The notes under the pieces were generated by a model. It did not search any database, was not told the DNA's origin, and saw only the letters and a program-made list of their open reading frames with translations. Positions 10,159 to 19,779 of a stretch of 49,213 nucleotides of DNA are shown piece after piece (positions within the stretch are counted from its first letter, which is position 1; each line of letters begins with the position of its first letter). A program made the translations under genes and the position numbers. Source of the DNA: an uncultured Bacteroidaceae bacterium (lineage in GTDB: Bacteria > Bacteroidota > Bacteroidia > Bacteroidales > GCA-2748055). The stretch spans positions 1 to 49,213 of the forward strand of contig CAZQOV010000003.1 of NCBI GenBank assembly GCA_964595055.1, read 5' to 3'.

Positions 10159-10190
10159 AAAAAAAACCGCTTCAGCAATTGAAGCGGCTT
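10159..10190 (-). terminator. Rho-independent terminator of the beta-barrel gene
   Basis: CCGCTTCA/TGAAGCGG 8-bp stem, 5-nt loop, followed by T8 on the minus strand. Confidence 0.85.
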
Positions 10191-10211
10191 CTAAAGTAAT
10201 AAGACATATAT

Positions 10212-11153
10212 TTAGAAAGATAAAAGGGTAAGTCCCAGGGAGAATGGATAAAGCTCAGGCCCTTTTTCCTTCTCAAACAAAGATGTGGGATAATAATTAG
10301 CAAAAAGTTTAAGATTTCGATATCCTATTCTTGCTGTAAAACCATATTTCAATGGGCTTATGTTAAAATCATCTTTCACTTTATCCTTTTGCTTGTGACC
10401 GTTCACCGTATATACCATTTTGGTTTTCGATCCAAGTTTTACGCCTCCGATAACACCCCCGGAAATAAACATTCTTTTTCTTCCCAGCGGAATTTGAAAT
10501 TCCATTAATAGCGGAGCGGTAAGATAGGTCGTTTGAAGTTTAGCTTTTTGAACGCTTGCATTTTCCTCCATCAGTGTTTTTTCAACAATTCTGCCGTCAT
10601 CGTTTTTCATAATCACATTACCGTGATCGAAATGGTAGTTGCTCCATTCCAACCCGAGTCCGGTAACCAGCCCTACCTTATCGGACCCAAGACCTATACC
10701 ATATTCCATAAAATTAAGATTAAAATTCCAGGAATGACTGGTATTAAGGTCCATGAAAGAATTTTCGGGAGCCAGATCCATAGCAAAATCCTTATTCACA
10801 TAATTGTTTATTCCTACTTCGAAACCTGCCCAGTGGGGCTTGAATTTATCTCTTTTCTTTTGATCGTCTTCCTTTTCTGTGATCTCTCCTTTTGAACTCT
10901 TATCATCAAGATCATCCCAATCTATGCTGGTCCCTTTTTCATCTTCAATAATGGTAACTCCTCTATTTCCAAATTTAATTTTGGTAGTATCCCTGCCTTC
11001 TTCTATGGTAACGACCCCGTCATCACCGATCTTAACAACCGTTTTTTCTGCATCTTCAACTACGGTTACTTTCCCTGCATCCGTTGTTTGCTGAGCCAGG
11101 ATTCCGAACCCTATCAGGAGTGACAGCAGGGTGGTTGTAAATACTTTTTTCAT
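10212..11153 (-). CDS. Outer-membrane beta-barrel protein (PorT/OMP_b-brl_2-like) with N-terminal extension
   Basis: Sec signal peptide, PHWAGFEVG, amphipathic strands, YLTAPLLMEFQ, terminal Phe (LTLLSF). Confidence 0.8.
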   Translation of the reverse strand: MKKVFTTTLLSLLIGFGILAQQTTDAGKVTVVEDAEKTVVKIGDDGVVTIEEGRDTTKIKFGNRGVTIIEDEKGTSIDWDDLDDKSSKGEITEKEDDQKKRDKFKPHWAGFEVGINNYVNKDFAMDLAPENSFMDLNTSHSWNFNLNFMEYGIGLGSDKVGLVTGLGLEWSNYHFDHGNVIMKNDDGRIVEKTLMEENASVQKAKLQTTYLTAPLLMEFQIPLGRKRMFISGGVIGGVKLGSKTKMVYTVNGHKQKDKVKDDFNISPLKYGFTARIGYRNLKLFANYYPTSLFEKEKGPELYPFSLGLTLLSF

Positions 11154-11202
11154 GATTTCCTATTTTAATGTTTACGAATTAATTTTATTTCTGCAGTTTC
11201 TA

Positions 11203-11236
11203 TTTGTGTGACGGCTGGGGGTAAGGAAATGTTACA
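11203..11236 (-). promoter_or_regulatory. Predicted ECF-sigma promoter of the beta-barrel gene (TGTAAC-N17-CGTCA-cacaaa)
   Basis: AAC/CGT bipartite ECF-type motif, repeated upstream of the ECF gene itself. Confidence 0.7.
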
Positions 11237-11466
11237 GGTCCTTTTGAAGTTTATCTTTTGTCGTAGGAATCTGGATAAGAAAAGAACCTCCTTAAGCGTT
11301 CAATATACCGACAAAAAGCCGGAAAACAGGGTTAGCCGGAACAACATTAAATCCTGCGGTATAATAGAAAAAAATGGATTGTCTTTTTCTTTGCTCCGAT
11401 GGAGGAGGAATAATATCTGCCTGGAGGTATAAGTTCAGTTTCAGATGCACAGTCGTTATCGGCAAA

Positions 11467-12621
11467 TTAATCCTCCCGGTTGATTGGAGTAGAAAATGAG
11501 ATGATCCCCGAATGAAAGCTGAGTACTTTTTTATTTGAACCTTCTTTTGCAGAAGCTTCAAATTTCATATTGGTTCCGGCAACTTCATTAAGTTTTTCAA
11601 TTCCCAGACTGGCAAGATTCACAGCATTTAGTTCTTTCTCATCTTCCCTGAAAATAAGGTCCGAGAGTTTTTGAACAGCAAATTCCTGTAGGCTAAGGTA
11701 TTCATCCTGATCAGGACGGCTAAGGGTTGAATTTGGTTTATATGGGTTTTTTATGTGAATCGGGTCATTTTCCAGCTTGCTTATAGCAGAATTGTTGCGG
11801 AAATGTCCGGACTCAATCGTGACATTATTTAAAATATCTTCCCGATTCAGTTCTATCGGTTTCTCATCAACATTTTCTGGTAAAGGAGATTCAAGGGACG
11901 CGATGGGAATACTGGTTTTAATGGTAATAGTTCTGGCAGCTTTCTTAATGGCTTTTTTTGCTTTTTCCGGTACATCTTTTGAATTGAATTCTTTATTCCC
12001 GGCTTTATTATTTAAGCTTTCTTTTGGAGGTTTTTGTGATGAAGTGGTATCCGTTTTTGAAGATTCAACCGATTTTTCTTCGGAAGAAGCCAGAGTATTC
12101 ATTTCCGGATTTTGATTAAGAAAGAGATTAAATACCGATAAAAAGATAGCAATGCCAGCGGCGGCGGCAGCTGCAGTAAAGAGTTCTTTCCGATATATGA
12201 CAAAAACCGGTTTCTTTACTAATCTTTTATGGGGATAAGGATTAATTTCATTTGTATTCAGCCGGGCTTTGACAAAAGCCTGATAATCTTCTCTCTTTTC
12301 TGGTTTATGGTTTAAATACTCATTCAGTGAATGTTTTTGTTTTTCATTTAGATCACCTTCTGTGTCTGCGATGCAGAAAAAATCAAAATTATTATCGTTT
12401 ACAGGCAGTGTCAGATCAATCTGCTTAAGATTTTCCTTTTCTCTGTAGTTTAATTTTTCAGGATGAACAAAGGCTTTTTCCATGCCCTCAAGCTCTTCCT
12501 TCAGTTCCGGATGCGTAAGAAGAAAATCCTCCAGTGCCTGAATGTCATCATCATTAAGATTACCATCAAGATAATCGATGAAAAATTCTTCGTAGTTATA
12601 TATATTTATTTGGTTTTTCAT
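11467..12621 (-). CDS. Putative membrane-anchored anti-sigma factor
   Basis: Directly follows the ECF gene; N-terminal NYEEFFIDYLDGNL..LEDFL..HPELKEEL (ASD-like, partly duplicated), single TM (AAAAAAGIAIFL), low-complexity periplasmic linker; ATG 12621 preferred. Confidence 0.7.
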   Translation of the reverse strand: MKNQINIYNYEEFFIDYLDGNLNDDDIQALEDFLLTHPELKEELEGMEKAFVHPEKLNYREKENLKQIDLTLPVNDNNFDFFCIADTEGDLNEKQKHSLNEYLNHKPEKREDYQAFVKARLNTNEINPYPHKRLVKKPVFVIYRKELFTAAAAAAGIAIFLSVFNLFLNQNPEMNTLASSEEKSVESSKTDTTSSQKPPKESLNNKAGNKEFNSKDVPEKAKKAIKKAARTITIKTSIPIASLESPLPENVDEKPIELNREDILNNVTIESGHFRNNSAISKLENDPIHIKNPYKPNSTLSRPDQDEYLSLQEFAVQKLSDLIFREDEKELNAVNLASLGIEKLNEVAGTNMKFEASAKEGSNKKVLSFHSGIISFSTPINRED

Positions 12622-12625
12622 CTCT

Positions 12626-13111
12626 TTAAATAACTCTCTCGGGGTTGCCAATGAATTTTTTTAAGAACAGACGCCCCCTGTAAATGTACACTTTAACCTG
12701 GGACTCAGATAACCCGGTGATCTCTGAGATTTCATGGTAAGAATAGCCTTCATAATCCCTCAACATGATCACAGAACGCTGATCGCCAGGAAGTTTTCCC
12801 AATGCCTGATGGAGAACCTCATTAAGATCAGAATATTGTTCTGAATGAGAATACTTTTCCAAAGCAACTTCTTGAAAATCGGTACTTCGGCTTTCCTTAC
12901 GAATAATATCAATCATGGTGTGATACGCTGTGGAAAATAAATACGACTTCACTTTTTTCCCATCCACATCCGACCGTTTTGACCACAATTTCTCAAAAGT
13001 ATCCTGCACAATATCTTTAGCACGTTCTTCATCGCGTAAATTTTTCAGAATAAACCTGAAAATTCCGTCTGAATAACTCTCTACAGCCTGGTTATAATCC
13101 TTTACGGTCAT
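12626..13111 (-). CDS. ECF RNA polymerase sigma factor
   Basis: Region 2 AKDIVQDTFEKLW..KSYLF; region 4 LRDYEGYSYHEISEITG..QVKVYIYRGR. Confidence 0.95.
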   Translation of the reverse strand: MTVKDYNQAVESYSDGIFRFILKNLRDEERAKDIVQDTFEKLWSKRSDVDGKKVKSYLFSTAYHTMIDIIRKESRSTDFQEVALEKYSHSEQYSDLNEVLHQALGKLPGDQRSVIMLRDYEGYSYHEISEITGLSESQVKVYIYRGRLFLKKFIGNPERVI

Positions 13112-13130
13112 TCCTTTATTTCCAATTTCA

Positions 13131-13163
13131 TTTGTATGACGAACAAGAAAGGTAAAAGTTACA
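13131..13163 (-). promoter_or_regulatory. Predicted autoregulatory ECF promoter (TGTAAC-N16-CGTCA-tacaaa)
   Basis: Same bipartite motif as at 11203-11236, about 20 nt upstream of the sigma start codon. Confidence 0.7.
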
Positions 13164-13267
13164 AAAAAAAATCACCCAATTCCATAACGCACAGGAAAAA
13201 ACTAAACCTATATAATCTTATCTGTGAGAAACAAAATTTTCCAAATTGGATCAGCACGCCCGCAAGT

Positions 13268-13452
13268 GCCCAAACCCTGGTGTGGAATCCTAATGATGTA
13301 TTTAATGTTCAAAATTATTTTGATTTCGATTCCCCTGAAAAACCAGGAAGTGATGCAATACGAATGCAGTATTATCCTTCATTTACTTCCACTGCAGAGA
13401 TCGCACCGGGTTTAGAATATAATAACGCATTAACACTCGCAGGATATTATCG
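13268..13452 (+). pseudogene. Internal fragment of a conserved Bacteroidota outer-membrane protein gene
   Basis: QTLVWNPNDVFNVQNYFDFDSPEKPGSDAIRMQYYPSFTSTAEIA resembles the (GRQRINWG)..WNPND.F....FD..E.PG.DA.R motif of porin-like proteins; flanks are non-protein-like and there is no signal peptide. Confidence 0.55.
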
Positions 13453-13951
13453 ACATTACATCTCTTCCAATGCTTTCAATATACAATTCGAAAGGGACAA
13501 AGTATCAAATCGAAGGTAAAGTTTTTTATGAAAGAATTTTATATAGATTAGCTAATATTTTTATAATTCGCATATTAAATGATTATATTTGAACCATCGG
13601 AATAATAAGACTAGTAATTATAAATGTCTTAATGCAAAGGTCCGGATGTATAAAAACGATAAAGCCTTAGTCAGGTCCGAAAAGCCAGTTATCCTTACCT
13701 TTTCTGCAAAGAAAAGGGCCAGCGCTTCGACCTTCAGTGGCAGGAGTTATAGAATTTTGTCAGGAGCTTTTTTCTCCGATTCGGGAAGCAGCGGCGACAG
13801 GTTTTCAGCGCAAGGGCCTGGAAGCGTCATTTTAACTGGTGGCAGACAACTCAAGGTAAGAAAATGCAAATCAATGAAAAACACGATTTTTTTACATTTT
13901 GCAGACACCCGTTTATAGCAGATAATCAGGAAATAACGATCAAACAAGAAC

Positions 13952-14341
13952 GTGAATATCCCTATTTTTAAAAACAAAAGCATACTTGTGGCCGAGGATG
14001 AAGAAATAAATTTTCTTTTCATCGAAACGCTATTAGAGCCTACAGGAGTAAGAATAATACATGCCTGGAACGGACAACAAGCGATTGATGAAATAAAAAA
14101 AAACCCTGACATTGACCTCATTCTCATGGATATAAAAATGCCCATCGTAGATGGTTATGAGGCGACCCGCACAATAAAAAAACTCCATCCCAAACTTCCA
14201 ATAATAGCTCAGACGGCCTATGCTCTGGGCGATGATAAGCATCTATGTTTTGAGGCAGGTTGTGATGAATATCTCAGCAAACCCATTCGAAAGAGTAAAC
14301 TTTATTCATTACTTACCGATCTGCTTTCAAATGCCCAGTAA
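13952..14341 (+). CDS. Single-domain (CheY-like) response regulator
   Basis: ILVAEDE, LILMDIKMP..DGYEAT, PIIAQTAYA, YLSKPI; GTG start. Confidence 0.92.
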   Translation: MNIPIFKNKSILVAEDEEINFLFIETLLEPTGVRIIHAWNGQQAIDEIKKNPDIDLILMDIKMPIVDGYEATRTIKKLHPKLPIIAQTAYALGDDKHLCFEAGCDEYLSKPIRKSKLYSLLTDLLSNAQ

Positions 14342-14490
14342 ATCGTTTTTTAATTAAATTTCTGTCATTCGGGTTTATTCATGTAAAAATATTGATACTT
14401 TTGATACTGCTTTTTACATACCTCCGTTATTTATTGTGAAACGAAGTGATGTTGGGTTTATAAATCTTTAATCAAGAAAGAATTAAAAAG

Positions 14491-16143
14491 ATGAAATTTC
14501 TTAAAAAAAAGCCGTTGGCTATCCTAATCTCAATAAGCATAATCCTTTCATTAGGGTTTTCCAGGCTGAGTGATCGTGATTTTGAGATTGTGAAAAATCT
14601 GGATATTTTTTATTCTTTATTCAGAGAACTGAATCTTTTTTACGTAGACCAAACAAATCCTGAAGATTTGATTGAGACGGGAATTGACGCTATGCTTAAT
14701 TCTCTGGATCCTTACACTACTTTCATATCAGAGTCTGAAATGGATGACTTTAATTTCATGACAACAGGACAATATGGAGGGATAGGTTCTGTTATCCGGA
14801 AAAGTGGTGAAAATGTTATCATTGCCGAACCCTATGAAGGGTCTCCGGCAGCCAGGGCAGGATTGAGGGCTGGTGACATAATTATTTCTGTTGATGGTAT
14901 GAATACCCGGGGAAAAGAGCTTTCGGTAATAAGTGAAAAACTGAAAGGAATTCCGGGTACGGAGGTAAAACTGGTCCTTAAGAAACCTGGTGAAGAAAAA
15001 AATACACCGGTAAAAATTACCAGAGAACAGATACAAATTGACAATGTGAGTTATGCCGGACTTCTTGAAAACAATACCGGATATATACGGCTGTCTAACT
15101 TTACACTTGGCACCGGAAATGAAGTAAAAAAGGCATTTTTAGAACTCAAAGAAGAAGGGATAGAAAAACTCGTTCTTGATGTGAGAGGGAATCCAGGAGG
15201 ATTATTAATTGAGGCGGTTCGTGTGTGTAATATTTTTCTTGAAAAAGACCAGCTCATCGTCAGTACCAAAGGAAAAGTGAAGCAATGGGATAAGGATCAT
15301 TATACAACACTTGAACCTGTAGATACCGAAATGCCCCTTGTGGTATTGATCAATCGGGGCTCAGCTTCTGCCTCTGAAATTGTTGCCGGCGCTTTTCAGG
15401 ATCTTGACCGGGCTGTAATCATTGGTCAGCGGACCTTTGGAAAAGGACTGGTACAAACCACTCGCTCATTAAAATACAATACCCAGTTAAAAGTAACGAC
15501 TGCCAAATATTATATCCCAAGCGGAAGGTGTATACAGGCATTGAATTATTCCAACAGGAATGAAGATGGAAGTGTTGGACACATTCCTGATTCTTTGATC
15601 ACAGCCTATAAAACAGCCGGAGGCAGAACCGTATATGATGGAGGAGGGATACGTCCGGATATTGCAGACACCATGAAGTCTGTTAACCAATTGGCCCTGG
15701 AGCTTTATGCACAGGGTATCCTTTTTGATTTTGCCACAGATTATGTCGTAAAGCATCCAGACAGTCCCAAAATTAAAGGATTCAGCATAGGAGAAGAAGG
15801 GTATGAGGATTTTATAGAATATGTAAAAGAAAGAAGTTTCAGTTATGAGACACAGAGTGAAAAAGCCTTAAAATCATTAATGGAAACGGCAAAATCTGAA
15901 AAATACTATGAGATTGCAGAAAAGGAATTTACTCAGCTTTCGAAGAAAATGAAACATGATAATGAAACAGACCTTCGGAGATTCAAAGATGAAGTTATCG
16001 AGCTTATCAATGAAGAAATTATCAGCAGGTATCATTTTCAGGCCGGAAGAATACAACTTTCCATTGAAAAGGACCCACAAGTTTTCACTGCATGGGAAGT
16101 TGTTAATGATAAAAAACGGATACAAAAAATATTGGGTAAATAG
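14491..16143 (+). CDS. S41A carboxy-terminal processing protease (CtpA/Prc family) with PDZ domain
   Basis: LDPYT, GGIG PDZ motif, DVRGNPGGLL, GSASASEIVAG, TFGKGLVQ, TTAKYYIPSGR. Confidence 0.93.
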   Translation: MKFLKKKPLAILISISIILSLGFSRLSDRDFEIVKNLDIFYSLFRELNLFYVDQTNPEDLIETGIDAMLNSLDPYTTFISESEMDDFNFMTTGQYGGIGSVIRKSGENVIIAEPYEGSPAARAGLRAGDIIISVDGMNTRGKELSVISEKLKGIPGTEVKLVLKKPGEEKNTPVKITREQIQIDNVSYAGLLENNTGYIRLSNFTLGTGNEVKKAFLELKEEGIEKLVLDVRGNPGGLLIEAVRVCNIFLEKDQLIVSTKGKVKQWDKDHYTTLEPVDTEMPLVVLINRGSASASEIVAGAFQDLDRAVIIGQRTFGKGLVQTTRSLKYNTQLKVTTAKYYIPSGRCIQALNYSNRNEDGSVGHIPDSLITAYKTAGGRTVYDGGGIRPDIADTMKSVNQLALELYAQGILFDFATDYVVKHPDSPKIKGFSIGEEGYEDFIEYVKERSFSYETQSEKALKSLMETAKSEKYYEIAEKEFTQLSKKMKHDNETDLRRFKDEVIELINEEIISRYHFQAGRIQLSIEKDPQVFTAWEVVNDKKRIQKILGK

Positions 16144-16156
16144 TTAAATTTGTTGT

Positions 16157-16387
16157 ATGAAAATTATTTTAACCGGTATTTCTGCAGAATTATTTAAAAC
16201 GGCAGAAGTGAAAATTACCAAGGAGGTTTCCAGCGTATCAGAATTAAGAAATCACCTTTTTTCATTGGAACCAAAACTTTCAGATCATCATACAGCCTTT
16301 GCGGTTAATTCTGTATTGGCAAAAGATTCAGACAGATTAAAAAAAGAAGACAGGATTATGGTATTTCATCCATTTTCCGGGGGTTAA
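16157..16387 (+). CDS. MoaD/ThiS family sulfur-carrier protein
   Basis: 76 aa, FAVN motif, C-terminal PFSGG diglycine; own TAAATTTG -7 box at 16145-16152. Confidence 0.85.
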   Translation: MKIILTGISAELFKTAEVKITKEVSSVSELRNHLFSLEPKLSDHHTAFAVNSVLAKDSDRLKKEDRIMVFHPFSGG

Positions 16388-19152
16388 TGAGCTTCAAACC
16401 AATTTTTTCCTTTACCTGTCTCAACAATTAGAGGGACTTTTAATTTCCAGGCATTCTCCATTTCTTCTTTGATTATACGGGTCATGATTTCTACTTCTTT
16501 TTTAAAGACATCGAATATCAATTCATCATGTACCTGTAAAATCATTTTTGACTTAAGTTCTTCTTTTTTAAGACGATGGTGGATTTTTACCATGGCAATT
16601 TTAATTATATCAGCAGCGGAGCCCTGTATAGGGGCATTGATAGCATTCCTTTCTGCTATTCCTCTAACCATTGAATTCCTTGAATGAATATCAGGCAAAT
16701 ATCTTTTTCGTCCCATCAGGGTATATACACACGAATCTTCACGAGCGCTGGCGATGCTCTGATCCATATATTTTTTAACTCCCGGGAAAGATTTGAAATA
16801 CCCCTCTATTAAGCTTTTTGCCTCTGTTCTCTTGATTTTTAACCGCTGAGCAAGGCCAAAGGCTGAAATACCATAAATAATTCCAAAATTAGCGGTTTTT
16901 GCCTCATTCCTCATTTCCCGGGTAACCTGTTCTTCGGGAATATTATATATTCTGGCAGCAGTTGCAGTATGTATATCTTCATTATTCCTAAAAGCAGTGA
17001 TCATATTTTCATCTCCGCTAAGATGAGCCATTAAACGAAGCTCAATTTGAGAATAATCTGCAGCTATGAATAGCCTCTCCTGGTCTCCGGCAACGAAAGA
17101 TTTTCGGATCTCTCTTCCTCTTTCCTCTCTGATCGGGATGTTCTGAAGATTAGGATTATTTGAACTCAGACGTCCGGTTGCCACAAGTGTCTGATTAAAG
17201 GAAGTATGTACCCTTCCGGTTATAGGATTAATCAATTTGGGCAAGGCTTCTACATAAGTTGACAGGAGTTTTTTAACCGATCTGTATTCCAGTACAGCCG
17301 GCACAATATCATGTTTTTCCACAAGTGAGGCAAGAACATCCTCACTTGTCGAATATTGTTTGGTCTTAGTTCTTTTTGCATCAGCGGAAATTTTAAGACG
17401 ATCAAATAATACCTCACCCAGTTGTCGGGGTGAAGAAATATTGAATTCCACTTCAGCTAAATCATAGATTTTTTGTTCGATCTCCTTAAGTTCCTTATTC
17501 AAAATCAGGGCATATTCCTTAAGGGCATGTGTATCCAGTTTTACCCCATTGTGCTCCATTTCAGCAAGCACATAAACCAGCGGCATTTCAACTTCATAAG
17601 CCAGTTTTGAGAGATTATTTTCTTTAAGCTCCTTCACAAAAATCTCATAAAGTTGAAACGTAATGTCAGCATCTTCACAGGCGTAATATACCAGCTCTTC
17701 AAGGGCTACATCATTCATTGTTTTCTGCTTCTTACCTTTTGGTCCGATGAGAGCCTCAATTTTAACCGGACTATACTTAAGATAATGTTCGGAAAGCATA
17801 TTCAGGTTGTGTCTCTGTTCTGGTTGTAGCAGATAATGAGCAACCATGGTATCGAACAATTTCCCCTGGCAATAAATATCATAACGTTTCAATACCCGAA
17901 TATCATACTTAAGGTTCTGTCCGATTTTTAATACATTTGGATCTTCAATTATATCTTTAATAGCTAAAAATAAGTTATTATTACTCTGCCCCTTATGATA
18001 ATAAAAATATGCCTTGTCCTTTTCACAGGATAAAGCGATTCCGACAAGTTCAGAGAGATACGGGTCCAGACCGGTTGTTTCCGTATCAAAGCAAAGCCAT
18101 TTCTTCATATAAATCTGTTCCCTTAATTCATCCAACTGCTCCATTTCTTGCAGAAGAATATAATTTTTCTTTTGTTTATTATGGGAGTCTAAAACCGGCA
18201 CCGCTTCATCATTTTTCTCTTCAAAACCTTCAAAAAGATTTCCCTGCTTACCCGAAACAACTTTGTCTTTTGTTTCTTCCATGCCCAATATCCGGGTTTT
18301 TAGGGTTTTAAATTCCAATTCATCAAAAAGGGAGGCCAGTTTTTCTTTGTCGAAATCCTTTCTTTCATAGTTTTCAGGTTCATAATTGACAGGTGCATCC
18401 AGTTTAATGGTAACCAGTTTTTTGGAAAGAATGGCCTGATCGCGATAATTTGAAATATTTTCTTTTTGTTTTCCCTTAAATTGATTCACATTTTGCAAAA
18501 CAGATTCCAGGCTTTTATACCGGGAAATTAATTTCTTTGACGTTTTTTCACCAATACCCGGGATACCTGGAACATTATCGGAACTATCCCCCCATAACGC
18601 CAGAATATCAATCACCTGTAGAGGATCATCAACTCCAAAACGTTGCTTTATTTCCTCAACACCCAGAATTTCCGCTTCAATTCCTGAACGTTTTGGCTTA
18701 TACATAAAAACATTATCTGAAACCAACTGAGCAAAATCCTTATCAGGCGTCATTAGAAAGACGGTAAAACCTTCATCTTCAGCTTTTTTTGCAAGGGTTC
18801 CAATTACATCATCGGCTTCGTATCCCGGAGATTCAATAATAGGTATATTATAGGCTTCAATAATTCTCTTCACCCAGGGAAGCGATGCTTGGATGTCTTC
18901 AGGGGTTTCCTCCCGGTTCGCTTTATAATCCGGATATAATTCATTTCGGAAGGTAGGGCCTGAAGGATCAAAAACGACCGCGATATGGGAAGGATTCTCT
19001 TTTCTCAACACTTCATCAAGGGTATTGATAAACCCGAAAACTGTAGAAGTATTAAATCCTTTTGAATTTTTTATCGGATTGGTAATAAAAGCATAATATG
19101 CTCTGAATATCAAAGCATAAGCATCGAGTAAAAAGAGTTTTTTTTGAGCCAT
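16384..19152 (-). CDS. polA: DNA polymerase I
   Basis: 5'-3' exo (LLDAYALIFRAYYA, GYEADDVIGT), 3'-5' exo (FDTETTG), polymerase motifs ADYSQIELR, KTANFGIIYG, LQVHDEL. Confidence 0.98.
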   Translation of the reverse strand: MAQKKLFLLDAYALIFRAYYAFITNPIKNSKGFNTSTVFGFINTLDEVLRKENPSHIAVVFDPSGPTFRNELYPDYKANREETPEDIQASLPWVKRIIEAYNIPIIESPGYEADDVIGTLAKKAEDEGFTVFLMTPDKDFAQLVSDNVFMYKPKRSGIEAEILGVEEIKQRFGVDDPLQVIDILALWGDSSDNVPGIPGIGEKTSKKLISRYKSLESVLQNVNQFKGKQKENISNYRDQAILSKKLVTIKLDAPVNYEPENYERKDFDKEKLASLFDELEFKTLKTRILGMEETKDKVVSGKQGNLFEGFEEKNDEAVPVLDSHNKQKKNYILLQEMEQLDELREQIYMKKWLCFDTETTGLDPYLSELVGIALSCEKDKAYFYYHKGQSNNNLFLAIKDIIEDPNVLKIGQNLKYDIRVLKRYDIYCQGKLFDTMVAHYLLQPEQRHNLNMLSEHYLKYSPVKIEALIGPKGKKQKTMNDVALEELVYYACEDADITFQLYEIFVKELKENNLSKLAYEVEMPLVYVLAEMEHNGVKLDTHALKEYALILNKELKEIEQKIYDLAEVEFNISSPRQLGEVLFDRLKISADAKRTKTKQYSTSEDVLASLVEKHDIVPAVLEYRSVKKLLSTYVEALPKLINPITGRVHTSFNQTLVATGRLSSNNPNLQNIPIREERGREIRKSFVAGDQERLFIAADYSQIELRLMAHLSGDENMITAFRNNEDIHTATAARIYNIPEEQVTREMRNEAKTANFGIIYGISAFGLAQRLKIKRTEAKSLIEGYFKSFPGVKKYMDQSIASAREDSCVYTLMGRKRYLPDIHSRNSMVRGIAERNAINAPIQGSAADIIKIAMVKIHHRLKKEELKSKMILQVHDELIFDVFKKEVEIMTRIIKEEMENAWKLKVPLIVETGKGKNWFEAH

Positions 19153-19158
19153 AAAAAA

Positions 19159-19608
19159 TTAAGCATTATCGTCTGCATACCATTCTGCCCAGGAAGAAGC
19201 CGTTTCCTGAAGTTTAAGGGAGTGCAGGTGAATATTTTCGGGTAATTGTTCTTTAATAATTTCAGCGATATAGATAAGTAAATTTTCACAGGTAGGTTGA
19301 AAATTCACCATTCTTAACCGGCTGAACATCTGCATGGAGGCATTTATTTCTGATGTATCAGCTTGATTTGATATTAACAAGGAATGATCAAATTCATCAA
19401 CGATCCGATTTTTCACCCATTTTTTTATTTCCCCAAAATCTACCACCATCCCGTACTTTGGATTGTTTGCATCTTGAATAGGTTCTCCGATAAGGGTCAC
19501 AGCCAATACATACGAATGTCCATGGATATTCCGGCAAGGACCATCATAGTTCCAAAGAGCATGGGCCATCTCAAAGTTGAATACTTTTGTCAATCTAATT
19601 TTCGTCAT
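19159..19608 (-). CDS. queD: 6-carboxytetrahydropterin synthase (QueD / PTPS family)
   Basis: FEMAHAL..CRNIHGHSY, GMVVDF, FDH, PTCEN, LQET; ATG 19608 chosen over the track's GTG 19746. Confidence 0.88.
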   Translation of the reverse strand: MTKIRLTKVFNFEMAHALWNYDGPCRNIHGHSYVLAVTLIGEPIQDANNPKYGMVVDFGEIKKWVKNRIVDEFDHSLLISNQADTSEINASMQMFSRLRMVNFQPTCENLLIYIAEIIKEQLPENIHLHSLKLQETASSWAEWYADDNA

Positions 19609-19722
19609 CTCTAAAAAAGCATTTACATTTGGATTTAAAATTACGATTACTTTATTAACAAATGAAATACATGTCTGATTATTCAGCAATTGCAATTTTA
19701 CTTCATCACAATTCAGGCAATG

Positions 19723-19748
19723 AAAAAGGGTGTTTCTGAAAAACACCC
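19723..19748 (-). terminator. Rho-independent terminator after the ArsR gene
   Basis: GGGTGTTT/AAACACCC 8-bp stem, 5-nt loop, T5 tail on minus strand. Confidence 0.7.
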
Positions 19749-19779
19749 CATTTTCCCCATACGATAAAACATCATAAGA

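Noticed and set aside
13669-13800. SRP (4.5S) RNA suggested by GTCAGGTCCG and GGAAGCAGC
   Set aside because: The two half-motifs are not contiguous around a GNRA tetraloop as helix 8 requires; kept only as an unassigned structured candidate
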